64,000 nucleotides of DNA, taken from assembly GCA_964387845.1 (NCBI GenBank), contig CAYLXA010000011.1:1-64000 (forward strand). The letters run 5' to 3'. Made by a program: the position numbers and the translations under genes. The notes beneath the pieces were generated by a model, which did no database searches, was not told where the DNA came from, and worked only from the letters and a program-made list of their open reading frames with translations. Positions within the stretch are counted from its first letter, which is position 1. Each line of letters opens with the position of its first letter. Origin of the DNA: an uncultured bacterium. GTDB lineage: Bacteria; Omnitrophota; Omnitrophia; Omnitrophales; Abzuiibacteriaceae. Below, in pieces: positions 37,332 through 47,051 of the stretch.

Positions 37332-37426
37332 ATTCAAGCCGCTAATTGAAAGTCCGCCCTCTATCCTATTTAGAGCAAGCGCTGGCAATCAAAATCAAAA
37401 AAACCCTGATAAGGGAGGATAAAATT

Positions 37427-38809
37427 ATGGAAATCTCAGAAGTCAAAATAATGGCAGATACAATATGGGTGCTGCTGGCAGCCATGTTGGTGTTCTGGAT
37501 GAATGCCGGATTCGGATTGGTGGAATCGGGCTTTGCACGCGCAAAAAACTGCGTGAACATCCTGTCGAAAAATTTCATCGTATTCGCAGTCTCCAGTATC
37601 GCGTTTTATTTCTTAGGCTGGGGCTTAATGTTCGGCGATGGCAATCCGTTTATGGGTTTGCAGGGCATTTCGATGTTGGGCGGCGCTGATAATAGCCCGG
37701 CGTCTGGAGATGCTTATCAAGGTGTTTACAGCGCAATTAGTTGGGCCACCGTTCCTTTGTTGGCAAAATTTTTCTTTCAGCTCGTGTTTGCAGGAACGGC
37801 GGCAACGATTGTTTCCGGAGCGGTAGCGGAAAGAATCAAGTATGTTTCCTTTATTGTGTTTTCATTTATTCTTGTCGGGTTAATTTATCCGATCGTCGGC
37901 CATTGGATTTGGGGCGGCGGATGGCTGGCAAGCGCAGGCATGTGGGATTTTGCAGGTTCAACGGTTGTGCACTCAGTGGGTGGCTGGGCGGCACTGGCCG
38001 GTATTTTGGTGTTAGGTCCTCGCTTTGGAAAATATGGAAAAGATGGCAAAGTTCATCCGATTCCGGGCCACAACATGAGCACCGCAACGCTTGGTGCTTT
38101 TATTCTTTGGCTCGGCTGGTTTGGATTTAATCCGGGCTCCACAATGGCAGCTGCTGTGAATGATATTGCGCGTATCTGCGTGACCACAAACAGTGCTGCG
38201 GCTGCGGCAATTTTGAGCGCAACCATCGTTTCCTGGATTTTGCTCGGAAAACCGGATCTTGGCATGACCATCAATGGTTGCTTGGCAGGTTTGGTTGCCA
38301 TCACGGCACCTTGCGCATTTGTGAGTGTTAACAGCTCGCTTATTATCGGAGCACTTGCAGGTGCATTGGTGGTTGTGGCAGTTATTTTCTTTGACAAGGT
38401 TAAAATAGACGATCCCGTTGGTGCTTTGTCAGTTCATTTGGTGAACGGCGTATTTGGTACCATTTGTGTCGGCCTTTTTGCGCAAGCGGATATATTGCCG
38501 AATACCACCGGAAACGGGTTATTTTATGGCGGCGGCGCCACACTTTTAATGGCACAATTAAAAGGCATTGCTGCAACCGGCGCGTTTGTGTTCATCGGTT
38601 CGCTCGTTGCATGGTTTATCATTAAGGCGCTCATGGGTATCCGCGTGACCTTGCATGAAGAAATCGAAGGTCTTGATATCGGCGAACATGGCAATGCGGC
38701 CTATCCGGAATTTGCGGGCAGAAAGCAAAGCTACACTTTTCTCGGGCTTGGCAACCGCAGTGAATTGACGTCGGAAGCTGAGAAAAAAGAAGAGTACGCA
38801 AAAGTTTAA
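37427..38809 (+). CDS. amt: ammonium transporter
   Basis: Track ORF 37346-38809. The true start is ATG 37427 with SD GGGAGG. Amt/MEP/Rh signatures and 11 TM segments. Confidence 0.9.
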   Translation: MEISEVKIMADTIWVLLAAMLVFWMNAGFGLVESGFARAKNCVNILSKNFIVFAVSSIAFYFLGWGLMFGDGNPFMGLQGISMLGGADNSPASGDAYQGVYSAISWATVPLLAKFFFQLVFAGTAATIVSGAVAERIKYVSFIVFSFILVGLIYPIVGHWIWGGGWLASAGMWDFAGSTVVHSVGGWAALAGILVLGPRFGKYGKDGKVHPIPGHNMSTATLGAFILWLGWFGFNPGSTMAAAVNDIARICVTTNSAAAAAILSATIVSWILLGKPDLGMTINGCLAGLVAITAPCAFVSVNSSLIIGALAGALVVVAVIFFDKVKIDDPVGALSVHLVNGVFGTICVGLFAQADILPNTTGNGLFYGGGATLLMAQLKGIAATGAFVFIGSLVAWFIIKALMGIRVTLHEEIEGLDIGEHGNAAYPEFAGRKQSYTFLGLGNRSELTSEAEKKEEYAKV

Positions 38810-38851
38810 GCGCATATTCGCACCATAAACTTCTTAAAGAAAGGAACGAAA

Positions 38852-39193
38852 ATGAAAAAGATTGAAGCAATAATTCGGCCCGAAAGGCTGGAAGAAGTGG
38901 TCGAGGCGCTTGAGCGCGCAGGATATCCCGGTATCATGATTACCGAGATCGAAGGCCATGGGCTCCAGAAGGGCGTACGCCAGCAATGGCGCGGTGAAGA
39001 GTTTCAGGTTAACTTTCTGCCGAAAGTGAAGGTCGAGATCGTCGCCAATGAAAAAGAAGTGGATAGTATTGTTGACGCGATCATTCGGTCGGCCTCTACA
39101 GGCGGAGTCGGTGATGGGAAGATATTTGTTTCCAACGTTGATGAAGCGATCCGGATCCGCACGAAAGAACGCGGCGTCAAGGCGCTCAGTTAA
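38852..39193 (+). CDS. glnK: P-II nitrogen regulatory protein (GlnK-type, amt-linked); Tyr51 of T-loop replaced by Phe
   Basis: Aligns along its length to GlnB/GlnK (…GHGLQKGVRQQWRGEEFQVNFLPKVKVEIV…DGKIFVSNV…IRIRT). The T-loop is RGEEF rather than RGxEY. Confidence 0.85.
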   Translation: MKKIEAIIRPERLEEVVEALERAGYPGIMITEIEGHGLQKGVRQQWRGEEFQVNFLPKVKVEIVANEKEVDSIVDAIIRSASTGGVGDGKIFVSNVDEAIRIRTKERGVKALS

Positions 39194-39220
39194 TTCGGTT
39201 AACTGAAGTTACAAAATTTA

Positions 39221-39253
39221 GGGGCAGTCCTTCGGGGCTGCCCCTATTTTTTT
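39221..39253. terminator. rho-independent terminator (ggggcag-N10-ctgcccc + T8) after glnK, abutting the lpxB 3' end
   Basis: GC-rich 7-8 bp stem followed by tattttttt. A second perfect small hairpin cagttaa-ttcgg-ttaactg (39187-39205) spans the glnK stop. Confidence 0.7.
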
Positions 39254-39255
39254 CT

Positions 39256-40398
39256 TTAGAGGTTGTTGAGGATGGCTAGGGCCGCTCGCTCGGCAGCGCC
39301 TGAAGGCCCGATGTTGTTTCGGATTTCTTCCAAGTCGCGGATTATGCGGCTTCTTGATTCTGGATTCTGGATTAAATCCAAAATTGCTTTTGAGATTGCC
39401 GCAGGTTTTGCGTCATGCTGGATGAATTCCTGGATAATTTTCCGGCCCGCTGCGACATTGGCGAGGCCGATGTAGGGGATTTGAATCAGCATTCGCCCCA
39501 ATAGGTAAGTCGTCCAATGCGTCTTATAAAGAATCACAAAAGGCGTGAGTGTCAGTGCCGTTTCAAGTGTAGCAGTTCCGGATGTGACAATTGCGGCATC
39601 GGAGGCGTGCAGCATGGGTTCTACCGCCTTGCCGCGTATCCGCTTAATCGATAGCATAGGCTCGTAATTTTTGAGAATTGAATCGTAGATTTCGAGGCCT
39701 ACATTTTCACTTTCAGGAAGTAGAAACGAAACCGATTTGGTTTCTTGTGAAATAAGCCGGGCAGATTCCAGAATGACGGGCAAAATCCTTTCGATTTCTG
39801 TTTTGCGTGAGCCGGGCAGAAGTGCAATCACTTTTTCGGCGTTTTCCACGCCGAATTCTTTCTTTAACGCCTCTTTTGATTTTGTAACCGGCGCGCGCTC
39901 TGCGAGCGGATGGCCCACCCAAGTGACGGGAACGCCGGCTTCCTGATACATTTTCTCTTCGAAATGAAATAAAACAAGCATCCGGTCGACCGTTTCCTTG
40001 ATGAGATGAATCCGGTGCTTGGCCCAAGCCCAAAGCTGCGGTGAGACATAATAAAAAGTTTTGATCCGCCGGTTGATTTGTTTTGCAAAGCGCAGATTGA
40101 AGCCGGGGTAATCAATCAGGATGAGGCAGTCGGGCTTTAACTTCAAAACATGCTGCAGTGTGGCATAGAAAATTTTCCGGATTTTGAAATATTTAGCCAG
40201 CACGTCGCCAAATCCGATGGCAGCCAGCGCGCAAAGGTCATCAAAGAGCTTGACGCCCTCGGCTTCCATTAATTTTCCGCCGAGGCCTTCAAATTTTAAA
40301 CCGGGATTTTGCTTTTTAAGCGCACGGACAAGCTCGGCACCGCGTTGGTCGCCTGAAGGTTCCCCCGCGATGAGAAAAATGGTCTTAGATTCAGGCAT
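39256..40398 (-). CDS. lpxB: lipid-A-disaccharide synthase
   Basis: …IFLIAGEPSGDQRGAELV… is the LpxB N-terminal signature. The likely start is ATG 40396-40398 (MPESKTIF...), giving an ATGCCTGA overlap with the upstream gene. The track ORF extends to 40518. Confidence 0.85.
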   Translation of the reverse strand: MPESKTIFLIAGEPSGDQRGAELVRALKKQNPGLKFEGLGGKLMEAEGVKLFDDLCALAAIGFGDVLAKYFKIRKIFYATLQHVLKLKPDCLILIDYPGFNLRFAKQINRRIKTFYYVSPQLWAWAKHRIHLIKETVDRMLVLFHFEEKMYQEAGVPVTWVGHPLAERAPVTKSKEALKKEFGVENAEKVIALLPGSRKTEIERILPVILESARLISQETKSVSFLLPESENVGLEIYDSILKNYEPMLSIKRIRGKAVEPMLHASDAAIVTSGTATLETALTLTPFVILYKTHWTTYLLGRMLIQIPYIGLANVAAGRKIIQEFIQHDAKPAAISKAILDLIQNPESRSRIIRDLEEIRNNIGPSGAAERAALAILNNL

Positions 40399-41335
40399 TG
40401 GAGTACTTTGGGGAATTTTTTTTGATATCGTCAACGATCTGAAGCCCGATTTTGAGCGCATCGCGGGCTTCCACATCAACTTTTCCGTCGGTTTTTCCGG
40501 AGAGAACCGCCTGGACAAAACTTTCGAGTTCGGCTTTGAGCGGTTCGCCTTTTTGGATTTCCAATTTTTCGCTCGTGATGCCCAAGATTCCTTTTTTAAA
40601 GATCTGGGCGGTTTGCGCTTGATAATCGAGAGAGATGTAAGCGTCTTCCTGAAAGATCCGGATTTTGCGCTGTTTGTCGGGCGTTAGGCGCGAGGCCGTT
40701 AAATCAGCAACAGTGCCGTTTTTGAACCGGATTCGCACATTGGCGATGTCTTCGTGCGGCGTGAGCACATTGATGCCGACACAGTCCATGAACGCAATTT
40801 CGGATTTGACGAGCTGAAGCACGATATCGATATCGTGAATCATCATGTCGAGCACAACGCCGCAGTCTTTGACACGGTCGGTGAAAGCGCTTAGGCGGTG
40901 AATTTCGAGGAAACGGATGTTTCTTGCAATTTTTTGAATTTTTTGAAGCCCGGCGTTGTGCCGTTCTACGTGACCGACTTGGAGAACGAGTTTCTTTTGC
41001 TTTGCGATTTCAATTAATTCATCCGCTTCACCCAGTTCAAGCGTGATTGGTTTCTCGATCAAGACATGCGTCCCGGCTTCCATAAAAGGTTTTGCTACTT
41101 CATAGTGGTAAGCGGTCGGTACGACAACGCTGACGGCGTCGACTTTTCCGATCAAATGGCGGAAATCGGTCGTAAATTGTGTTCCAAGCTCCCTGGCTTT
41201 TTCTTCTTTGGATTTATCGCGGTCGCAAAGAGCAATCAAGTCAACATTGGGAAGGGAGGCGTAAATCCGGGCGTGTTCTTTGCCCAGATGCCCGATTCCG
41301 ATAACAGCAACTTTCAATTTTTTACCTGTATTCAT
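40391..41335 (-). CDS. Gfo/Idh/MocA-family NAD(P)-dependent oxidoreductase
   Basis: N-terminal Rossmann KVAVIGIGHLGKEHARIY…; EKP motif. Commonly found next to lpxB. Confidence 0.8.
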   Translation of the reverse strand: MNTGKKLKVAVIGIGHLGKEHARIYASLPNVDLIALCDRDKSKEEKARELGTQFTTDFRHLIGKVDAVSVVVPTAYHYEVAKPFMEAGTHVLIEKPITLELGEADELIEIAKQKKLVLQVGHVERHNAGLQKIQKIARNIRFLEIHRLSAFTDRVKDCGVVLDMMIHDIDIVLQLVKSEIAFMDCVGINVLTPHEDIANVRIRFKNGTVADLTASRLTPDKQRKIRIFQEDAYISLDYQAQTAQIFKKGILGITSEKLEIQKGEPLKAELESFVQAVLSGKTDGKVDVEARDALKIGLQIVDDIKKNSPKYSNA

Positions 41336-41476
41336 AACCGAGTCGGCATTTTATCAGACGGGGCTTGAAAAGCAAATTGATAAAGTTTGCCGCAATTGAC
41401 TTTCGTTTTTGAATTGGTTAGTATGGCTCGTTTTCTCTAAAATGTGATGTGACCTTCATTTAGAAAGTTTTAGGAT

Positions 41477-43231
41477 ATGGGCGTCTATAAGCGGCTTTTA
41501 GGATATGTTTACCCGCACCGGCACAGGCTGGCGATGGCTGTGGTGTGCATGTTTTTCCTTTCTATATCGCAGGTACTGGTTTCGGCCGTGCTTTATATCG
41601 TCGTTAACGGCTTTTACAACGAAGGTTACGTTATTATAGAAAATATTCCCCACGCGCCGGATTTTGTGCAAGGAATCCGGTTTCCGGTCACCTGGATTCC
41701 CATTATAGTTGTCGGCGTCTTTTTATTTCGCGGTGTTTTTGATTACGCCTCCAATTACCAGATGGCAGCTGTTGGTATCCGCGCAATCCGGAAAGTGCGC
41801 GATGATTTGTATGAAAGGCTGGTTCATCTGTCGCTTGATTTTTATTCGCGCGGGCGTACCGGCGAATTGATGAGCCGCATCTTAAACGACGTCGGATTTA
41901 TCCAGGGCGGTATTACGGATGTGCTGGTCGACCTTGTCAAACAACCCTTCGTTATTTTGTTCAACATCCCCATGATTTTCATTTGGGGCGGGCCGGTTGC
42001 GATCGCGGCAGTTTTGGTATTTCCGATTGTGGTGATTCCGATTGCCGCACTCGGTAAGCAGCTGCGCGGACTGACGCGGAAAATGCAGGAACGCACCGCC
42101 GATATTTCATCGATGCTCGAAGAAACTTTTACCGGCATCCGAATCGTCAAAGCGTTTAACATGGAACAGCGGGAAATCGAAAAATTCAAAGGCGTTAACC
42201 GCAGCGTTTTCGAGTTTTTCAAAAAAACAATTCGTGTGACCGTGATTCAGCGCCCGATCATCGAAGTGTTTGCCGCAATCGGTGCCGGCACGGCAATTTG
42301 GTTTGGCTATCAACATTTGACCCCTGACCGTTTCGTAGCGCTCATCGGATCGCTTTTTATTTTCTACGAGCCGTTTAAAAAACTGAGCAAGGTCAATAGC
42401 ACGATTCAACAATCTATTGCGGCCGGAAACCGGATTTTTGAAGTGATGGATCAAGTGCCTTCCGTGCAGAGCAAGCCCAATGCGGCGAAACTCGCGGCGC
42501 CGATTCAATCGGTTTTGTTCGACAACGTTCATCTTTCCTATGAAACCGGCAGTGAAATATTGAGCGGCATCTCAATCGAAGTGAAAGCAGATCAAGTTTT
42601 GGCGATCGTGGGTCCGAGCGGTTCCGGGAAAACTTCCTTGGTGAATATGATTCCGCGTTTTTATGATCCGACCAAAGGAAGCATCAAGATCAACGGGATT
42701 GATATCCGTGATTGTGAATTGAAATCACTCCGTGAACAAATCGGCATTGTGTCGCAAGAAACTGTTTTGTTTAACACAACGGTCATGGAAAACATTGCTT
42801 ACGGAAAACCTTCCGCAACTTTAGAGCAGGTGATTGAAGCCGCTAAAGCTGCGTTTGCTGACGAATTTATACGAGCACTGCCGAATGGATACGGAACGAT
42901 CGTGGGCGAAAAGGGCGTCAAGCTTTCCGGCGGTCAGCGTCAACGGCTTTCGATTGCGCGCGCGCTTCTCAAAAATCCGCCTATTTTAATTTTGGACGAA
43001 GCTACGTCACAGCTGGATACTGAAAGCGAAAGACAGGTTCAGGCCGCGATTGACCGCCTGATGCAGGGAAGGACCGTTTTTGTGATTGCGCACCGGCTTT
43101 CGACCATTCAGAGCGCAGACCGGATTATTGTATTGGAACGGGGAAAGATTGTGCAGTCCGGAACAAACGACCGGTTGCTGCAAGAAGAAGGTCCCTACAA
43201 ACGCCTTTACAACCTACAGTTTAATATTTAG
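41477..43231 (+). CDS. msbA: ABC transporter permease/ATPase, MsbA-like lipid A/lipid exporter
   Basis: 6-TM ABC exporter domain plus NBD with Walker A GPSGSGKTS, signature LSGGQRQR, Walker B ILILDEATS. Confidence 0.85.
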   Translation: MGVYKRLLGYVYPHRHRLAMAVVCMFFLSISQVLVSAVLYIVVNGFYNEGYVIIENIPHAPDFVQGIRFPVTWIPIIVVGVFLFRGVFDYASNYQMAAVGIRAIRKVRDDLYERLVHLSLDFYSRGRTGELMSRILNDVGFIQGGITDVLVDLVKQPFVILFNIPMIFIWGGPVAIAAVLVFPIVVIPIAALGKQLRGLTRKMQERTADISSMLEETFTGIRIVKAFNMEQREIEKFKGVNRSVFEFFKKTIRVTVIQRPIIEVFAAIGAGTAIWFGYQHLTPDRFVALIGSLFIFYEPFKKLSKVNSTIQQSIAAGNRIFEVMDQVPSVQSKPNAAKLAAPIQSVLFDNVHLSYETGSEILSGISIEVKADQVLAIVGPSGSGKTSLVNMIPRFYDPTKGSIKINGIDIRDCELKSLREQIGIVSQETVLFNTTVMENIAYGKPSATLEQVIEAAKAAFADEFIRALPNGYGTIVGEKGVKLSGGQRQRLSIARALLKNPPILILDEATSQLDTESERQVQAAIDRLMQGRTVFVIAHRLSTIQSADRIIVLERGKIVQSGTNDRLLQEEGPYKRLYNLQFNI

Positions 43232-43277
43232 CCTCAGTTTTCTTTGTTTTTATCTGTAAATAAGCTATAAATCCTGC

Positions 43278-43306
43278 TTGCTCCCATCAGGCGATATTGA
43301 TATAAT
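43278..43306 (+). promoter_or_regulatory. candidate sigma-70-type promoter for rpsB-tsf (TTGCTC -17- TGaTATAAT)
   Basis: -35-like hexamer at 43278-43283, 17-nt spacer, extended -10 TATAAT at 43301-43306. A hairpin cttcatgtt-tcacgacaa-catgaag (43345-43370) lies in the leader. Confidence 0.4.
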
Positions 43307-43481
43307 TTCCTACTTTTTGGTTTCCCGCTCGTTCCGCAGGTCTTCATGTTTCACGACAACATGAAGGGCTTGAAAGTGAAGATGCGACAGGCGATTGTCC
43401 CGCCTATTTTTCCTGAAAAACAATCATTGGATTGAGCAGGTTGTAAAAAATAGTTTGTTCACTAGGAGGTTTATTTTGTCA

Positions 43482-44336
43482 ATGTCAGTAACTTTGAAGC
43501 AATTGTTGGAAGCAGGCGTTCATTTTGGCCATCAAACGCGCCGGTGGAATCCCAAAATGGCGAAGTATATTTTTGGCGAGAAGAACGGAATTTATATCAT
43601 CAATCTCGAGAAAACGCTCACAGCGCTTCAGTCTGCCTGCGAATATGTGAAGCAGGCGGTTTCGCGCGGCGAAGTGATTCTCTTTGTCGGTACCAAAAAG
43701 CAGGCGCAGGAATCCATCCGCACCGCAGCCGACGAGCTGCAAATGCCTTACGTCAATCAACGCTGGCTGGGCGGCATGCTGACCAACTATGAAACAATCC
43801 GCAAAAGTCTCCACAAGCTTGATGAAATCGATACGATGGAAAGAGAAGGCACCTATCAATTTCTTGCCAAGAAAGAAGTGAACCGGATCAAGAAAAAAGG
43901 CGAGAAGCTCAACAAGGTGCTTTCCGGAATCCGCAACATGAAGCGTTTGCCTGGCGCCGTTTTCATTATTGATCCCACAAAAGAAGAAATCGCAGTCCAA
44001 GAAGCCCGCAAGCTGGGCATTCCGATCGTTGCATTGATCGATACCAATTGCGATCCGGATTTGATCAATCATCCGATTCCAGGCAATGACGATGCGATCC
44101 GCTCCATCAAGCTGATTGTCGAAGCTGTGAAGCAAAGCGTGATTGAAGGCCGTAACGAACATCAACGCATTGCCGACGAAAAGGCACTTGCCGAAGCGGC
44201 CGAGACCGCTAAGCAGATGCAAGAATCCAGCGAAGAAGCTCAGGAAGAAATCTTGGAAATTGCAGATGAAGTTGTCGCAAAATTAGATGATGAAGACAAA
44301 CCCCGCGCCAAGAAAGCGCGCGTTAAAAGCGATTAA
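43482..44336 (+). CDS. rpsB: 30S ribosomal protein S2
   Basis: [26 protein letters not shown]; SD AGGAGG before ATG 43482. Confidence 0.9.
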   Translation: MSVTLKQLLEAGVHFGHQTRRWNPKMAKYIFGEKNGIYIINLEKTLTALQSACEYVKQAVSRGEVILFVGTKKQAQESIRTAADELQMPYVNQRWLGGMLTNYETIRKSLHKLDEIDTMEREGTYQFLAKKEVNRIKKKGEKLNKVLSGIRNMKRLPGAVFIIDPTKEEIAVQEARKLGIPIVALIDTNCDPDLINHPIPGNDDAIRSIKLIVEAVKQSVIEGRNEHQRIADEKALAEAAETAKQMQESSEEAQEEILEIADEVVAKLDDEDKPRAKKARVKSD

Positions 44337-44348
44337 GGAATTTAGATC

Positions 44349-45185
44349 ATGACTACTAATGTACATTCTTCTCAAGTGAAAGAACTCCGCGATATTACCG
44401 GAGCCGGCATGATGGACTGCAAGCAGGCGCTGCTTGAAACCGGCGGTGATATCGAAAAAGCAAAAGACTATCTCCGGAAAAAAGGCGTTGCCTCAGCCGA
44501 TAAGCGTGCGTCGAAAGAAGCTAAAGACGGTATGATTTTTATCCAGAACGACGGAAAAACCGGCGCCATGGCCGAAGTCAATTCCGAAACTGATTTCGTT
44601 GCACGGACAGATGATTTTCAAAAACTAGGCGCAGCAGCAGTCAAAGCAGTTGCCGAGAAAGGCGAAGCTGCGATTGAGTCGGATGCGATTCAAACACAGG
44701 CAAAAGAAGTCAGCGGAAAAATAGGCGAGAAGATTTCGGTCCGCCGCGCTGTCCGTTTTCAAACGAACGCAGGCCTCGTGGTTTCGTATCGCCACCACAA
44801 TCAAAAAATCGGTGTGATGGTTGAGCTTGCATTTTCGAATGCGGCACTGGCCCAAAATGCGGAAGTAGAAAAGCTGGGCAAAGATATCGCCATGCAGTCC
44901 GCCGCTCTTCGGGCTCCGTTTTTGAGCAAAGATCAAGTATCTGCCGAATTTTTAGAGCGTGAAAAATCGATTTTCAGGGATCAAGTCAAGGACAAACCGG
45001 CCAATGTGCAGGATAAAATTATTGACGGCAAATTACAGAAGCGCTTCGAAGAAGTTTGTCTGCTCGAGCAGAAATCCGTGATTGATCCGGCAAAATCCAT
45101 CGCGCAATTGGTGGATGCGCTCGGGAAAAAACTTGGAAGCCCGATCACCGTAAAACGTTTTCAGCGCTTTGAAATCGGTACTTGA
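44349..45185 (+). CDS. tsf: elongation factor Ts
   Basis: VKELRDITGAGMMDCKQAL UBA-like N-terminus; rpsB-tsf-pyrH-frr synteny. Confidence 0.9.
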   Translation: MTTNVHSSQVKELRDITGAGMMDCKQALLETGGDIEKAKDYLRKKGVASADKRASKEAKDGMIFIQNDGKTGAMAEVNSETDFVARTDDFQKLGAAAVKAVAEKGEAAIESDAIQTQAKEVSGKIGEKISVRRAVRFQTNAGLVVSYRHHNQKIGVMVELAFSNAALAQNAEVEKLGKDIAMQSAALRAPFLSKDQVSAEFLEREKSIFRDQVKDKPANVQDKIIDGKLQKRFEEVCLLEQKSVIDPAKSIAQLVDALGKKLGSPITVKRFQRFEIGT

Positions 45186-45329
45186 TATCATTGAAAATTT
45201 CAAAGCGTTTATTAATATGAATCAAGTACCGCACTTACTACGCATCGGACCTTATTTGTTTATTAATGAGGTAAGTGCGGCGCTGAATAATCAATAGAAC
45301 ACAGCCTGAAACCAACGGAGCCTGTCTCT

Positions 45330-46049
45330 ATGAAAAGTAAAAGAGCCGCGTTTAAGCGCGTTGTTCTGAAAATCAGCGGTGAAGCACTGCAGGGAAGCCA
45401 GCATTACGGCATTGACCACAAAGTGGTTCTCACCATCGCCAAACAAATCAAAACCGTCAACGATTCCGGCGTTGAAATCGCTTGCGTTATCGGTGCGGGC
45501 AATATTTTCCGCGGCATGCAGGCTGTTCGTCAAGGGATGGACCGCGTTAATGGTGACTACATTGGCATGCTGGCGACGATGATCAATTCGCTTTCACTGC
45601 AAGATGCGCTCGAAAAGTTGGGCGTGCATACCCGCGTGATGACGGCCATCCCGATGGAAAAGCTAGCGGAGCCTTACATTCGCCGCCGCGCACTCCGGCA
45701 CTTGGAGAAACGGCGTGTGGTTATTTTCGCCGCCGGAACCGGCAATCCTTATTTCACGACCGACACCGCCGCTGCACTGCGCGCCATTGAAATCAATGCC
45801 GATGCGGTATTAAAAGCAACGCGGGTCGACGGTGTTTATTCGGGCGATCCATTGAAGGACAAAAAGGCTAAAAGATTTGTCCGGCTTAAATATTTAGATG
45901 TTCTGAAAAAACAGCTGCAGGTCATGGATGCGACCGCAGTGTCATTGTGTATGGAAAACAAGCTTCCGATTGTCGTATTTAATTTAAATACGCCGGGCAA
46001 TATTGAAAAAGTAATGCGCGGCGATTCGATCGGAACCGTCGTTAGTTAA
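45330..46049 (+). CDS. pyrH: UMP kinase
   Basis: [12 protein letters not shown]… amino-acid kinase fold. Confidence 0.9.
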   Translation: MKSKRAAFKRVVLKISGEALQGSQHYGIDHKVVLTIAKQIKTVNDSGVEIACVIGAGNIFRGMQAVRQGMDRVNGDYIGMLATMINSLSLQDALEKLGVHTRVMTAIPMEKLAEPYIRRRALRHLEKRRVVIFAAGTGNPYFTTDTAAALRAIEINADAVLKATRVDGVYSGDPLKDKKAKRFVRLKYLDVLKKQLQVMDATAVSLCMENKLPIVVFNLNTPGNIEKVMRGDSIGTVVS

Positions 46050-46069
46050 TTCAGCAAGCGAGGATTATT

Positions 46070-46642
46070 ATGCAAACCGCAACTTCTGCCAAATCTGTTC
46101 TCGATGAAACCCAGAACCGCATGCAAAAATCCGTTGATGCGACCCATAGCGAATTCCGCAGTATCCATACGGGCCGTGCTTCCATTGCATTGGTCGAAGC
46201 TATTCCGGTTGAGTGCTACGGATCATCCAAGCCGCTAAAAGGTATCGCGTCCATCACAACGCCGGATGCTAAGACGATCAATATTCAACCTTGGGATCCG
46301 TCGATCATTAGCGCAATCGATAAGGCCATCGTCAAAGCCGAGCTTGGCTTGGTTCCTTCAAATGACGGCCGCGTGGTTCGGATTAAAATTCCGTCACTGA
46401 CGGCAGAGCGGCGCAAAGAATTGGATAAAATTATTCGCAAAATCGCAGAAGACGGGCGCGTTTCAATCCGCAACATCCGCCACGAAGCAAATGAAGCGGT
46501 GAAGCGGCTTGAAAAAGCGAAGACGGTCAGTGAAGATGAATCGCGGGGTACTCAGAAAAAAGTTCAGGAGGCCACCGATCGCTTTACGAAAATGGTTGAT
46601 GAGCTTCTGGCGAAGAAGGAAGTTGAAATTCAGGAAGTTTAA
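46070..46642 (+). CDS. frr: ribosome recycling factor
   Basis: Canonical RRF sequence (…IRNIRHEANEAVKRLEK…). Confidence 0.9.
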   Translation: MQTATSAKSVLDETQNRMQKSVDATHSEFRSIHTGRASIALVEAIPVECYGSSKPLKGIASITTPDAKTINIQPWDPSIISAIDKAIVKAELGLVPSNDGRVVRIKIPSLTAERRKELDKIIRKIAEDGRVSIRNIRHEANEAVKRLEKAKTVSEDESRGTQKKVQEATDRFTKMVDELLAKKEVEIQEV

Positions 46643-46647
46643 AGACA

Positions 46648-46778
46648 CAGTATCTAGTATCTCGTATCTAGTATCTAGTTGAACTTATTATTATATGAAT
46701 AGATATTGTTTCTTTCACGTTTTCCTTCCGTTCAATTCTTTACTAGATACTAGATACCAGATACAAGATACGAGATAC
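46648..46778. repeat. large imperfect palindromic element built from tandem GTATCT-N heptamers (arm 46648-46678; inverted arm 46743-46778)
   Basis: Arm agtatct agtatct cgtatct agtatct; inverted arm actagat actagat accagat acaagat acgagat. Same architecture as 18255-18332 and 55337-55414. Confidence 0.6.
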
Positions 46779-46787
46779 GGAAATAAC

Positions 46788-46861
46788 GGGCCCATAGCTC
46801 AGTCTGGTAGAGCACTGCCCTTTTAAGGCAGGTGTCGTTGGTTCAAATCCAACTGGGCTCA
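46788..46861 (+). tRNA. tRNA-Lys (anticodon UUU)
   Basis: Cloverleaf GGGCCCATAGCTCAGTCTGGTAGAGCA-CTGCC-CTTTTAA-GGCAG…GGTTCAAATCC…; anticodon loop CTTTTAA. Confidence 0.85.
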
Positions 46862-46865
46862 ATTT

Positions 46866-46958
46866 GATTTCGGATTGTGGAGTGCAGATTGAGAGAATAG
46901 ATTGATGATTGTTGATTCCGAAATCCGAAATTAACAATCCGAAATTGTATAATTTGTT
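46866..46958. repeat. inter-tRNA inverted repeat with tandem TCCGAAA heptamers (gatttcggattg ... caatccgaaatt)
   Basis: atttcggattg at 46866-46877 pairs with caatccgaaat at 46934-46945. Tandem tccgaaa tccgaaa ttaacaa tccgaaa. Confidence 0.45.
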
Positions 46959-46961
46959 AAT

Positions 46962-47035
46962 GTCCCCATCGTCTAGCCTGGTCAGGACAAGAGCTTTTCA
47001 AGCTCTCGGCAGGGGTTCAAATCCCCTTGGGGACA
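46962..47035 (+). tRNA. tRNA-Glu (anticodon UUC)
   Basis: GTCCCCATCGTCTAGCCTGGTCAGGACA-AGAGC-TTTTCAA-GCTCT…GGTTCAAATCCCC…; anticodon TTC. Confidence 0.8.
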
Positions 47036-47051
47036 CTTTTCTCCGGTATTC

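Noticed and set aside
43485-44222. 245-aa minus-strand ORF antisense to rpsB, and similar antisense ORFs over permease (20235-20729), glmU (21610-22265), pyrG (61390-62457), leuS (52813-53439), lpxC-fabZ and the sigma-54 regulator
   Set aside because: The opposite strands carry highly conserved housekeeping genes. The antisense ORFs have no homology signatures and reflect GC-rich codon structure.
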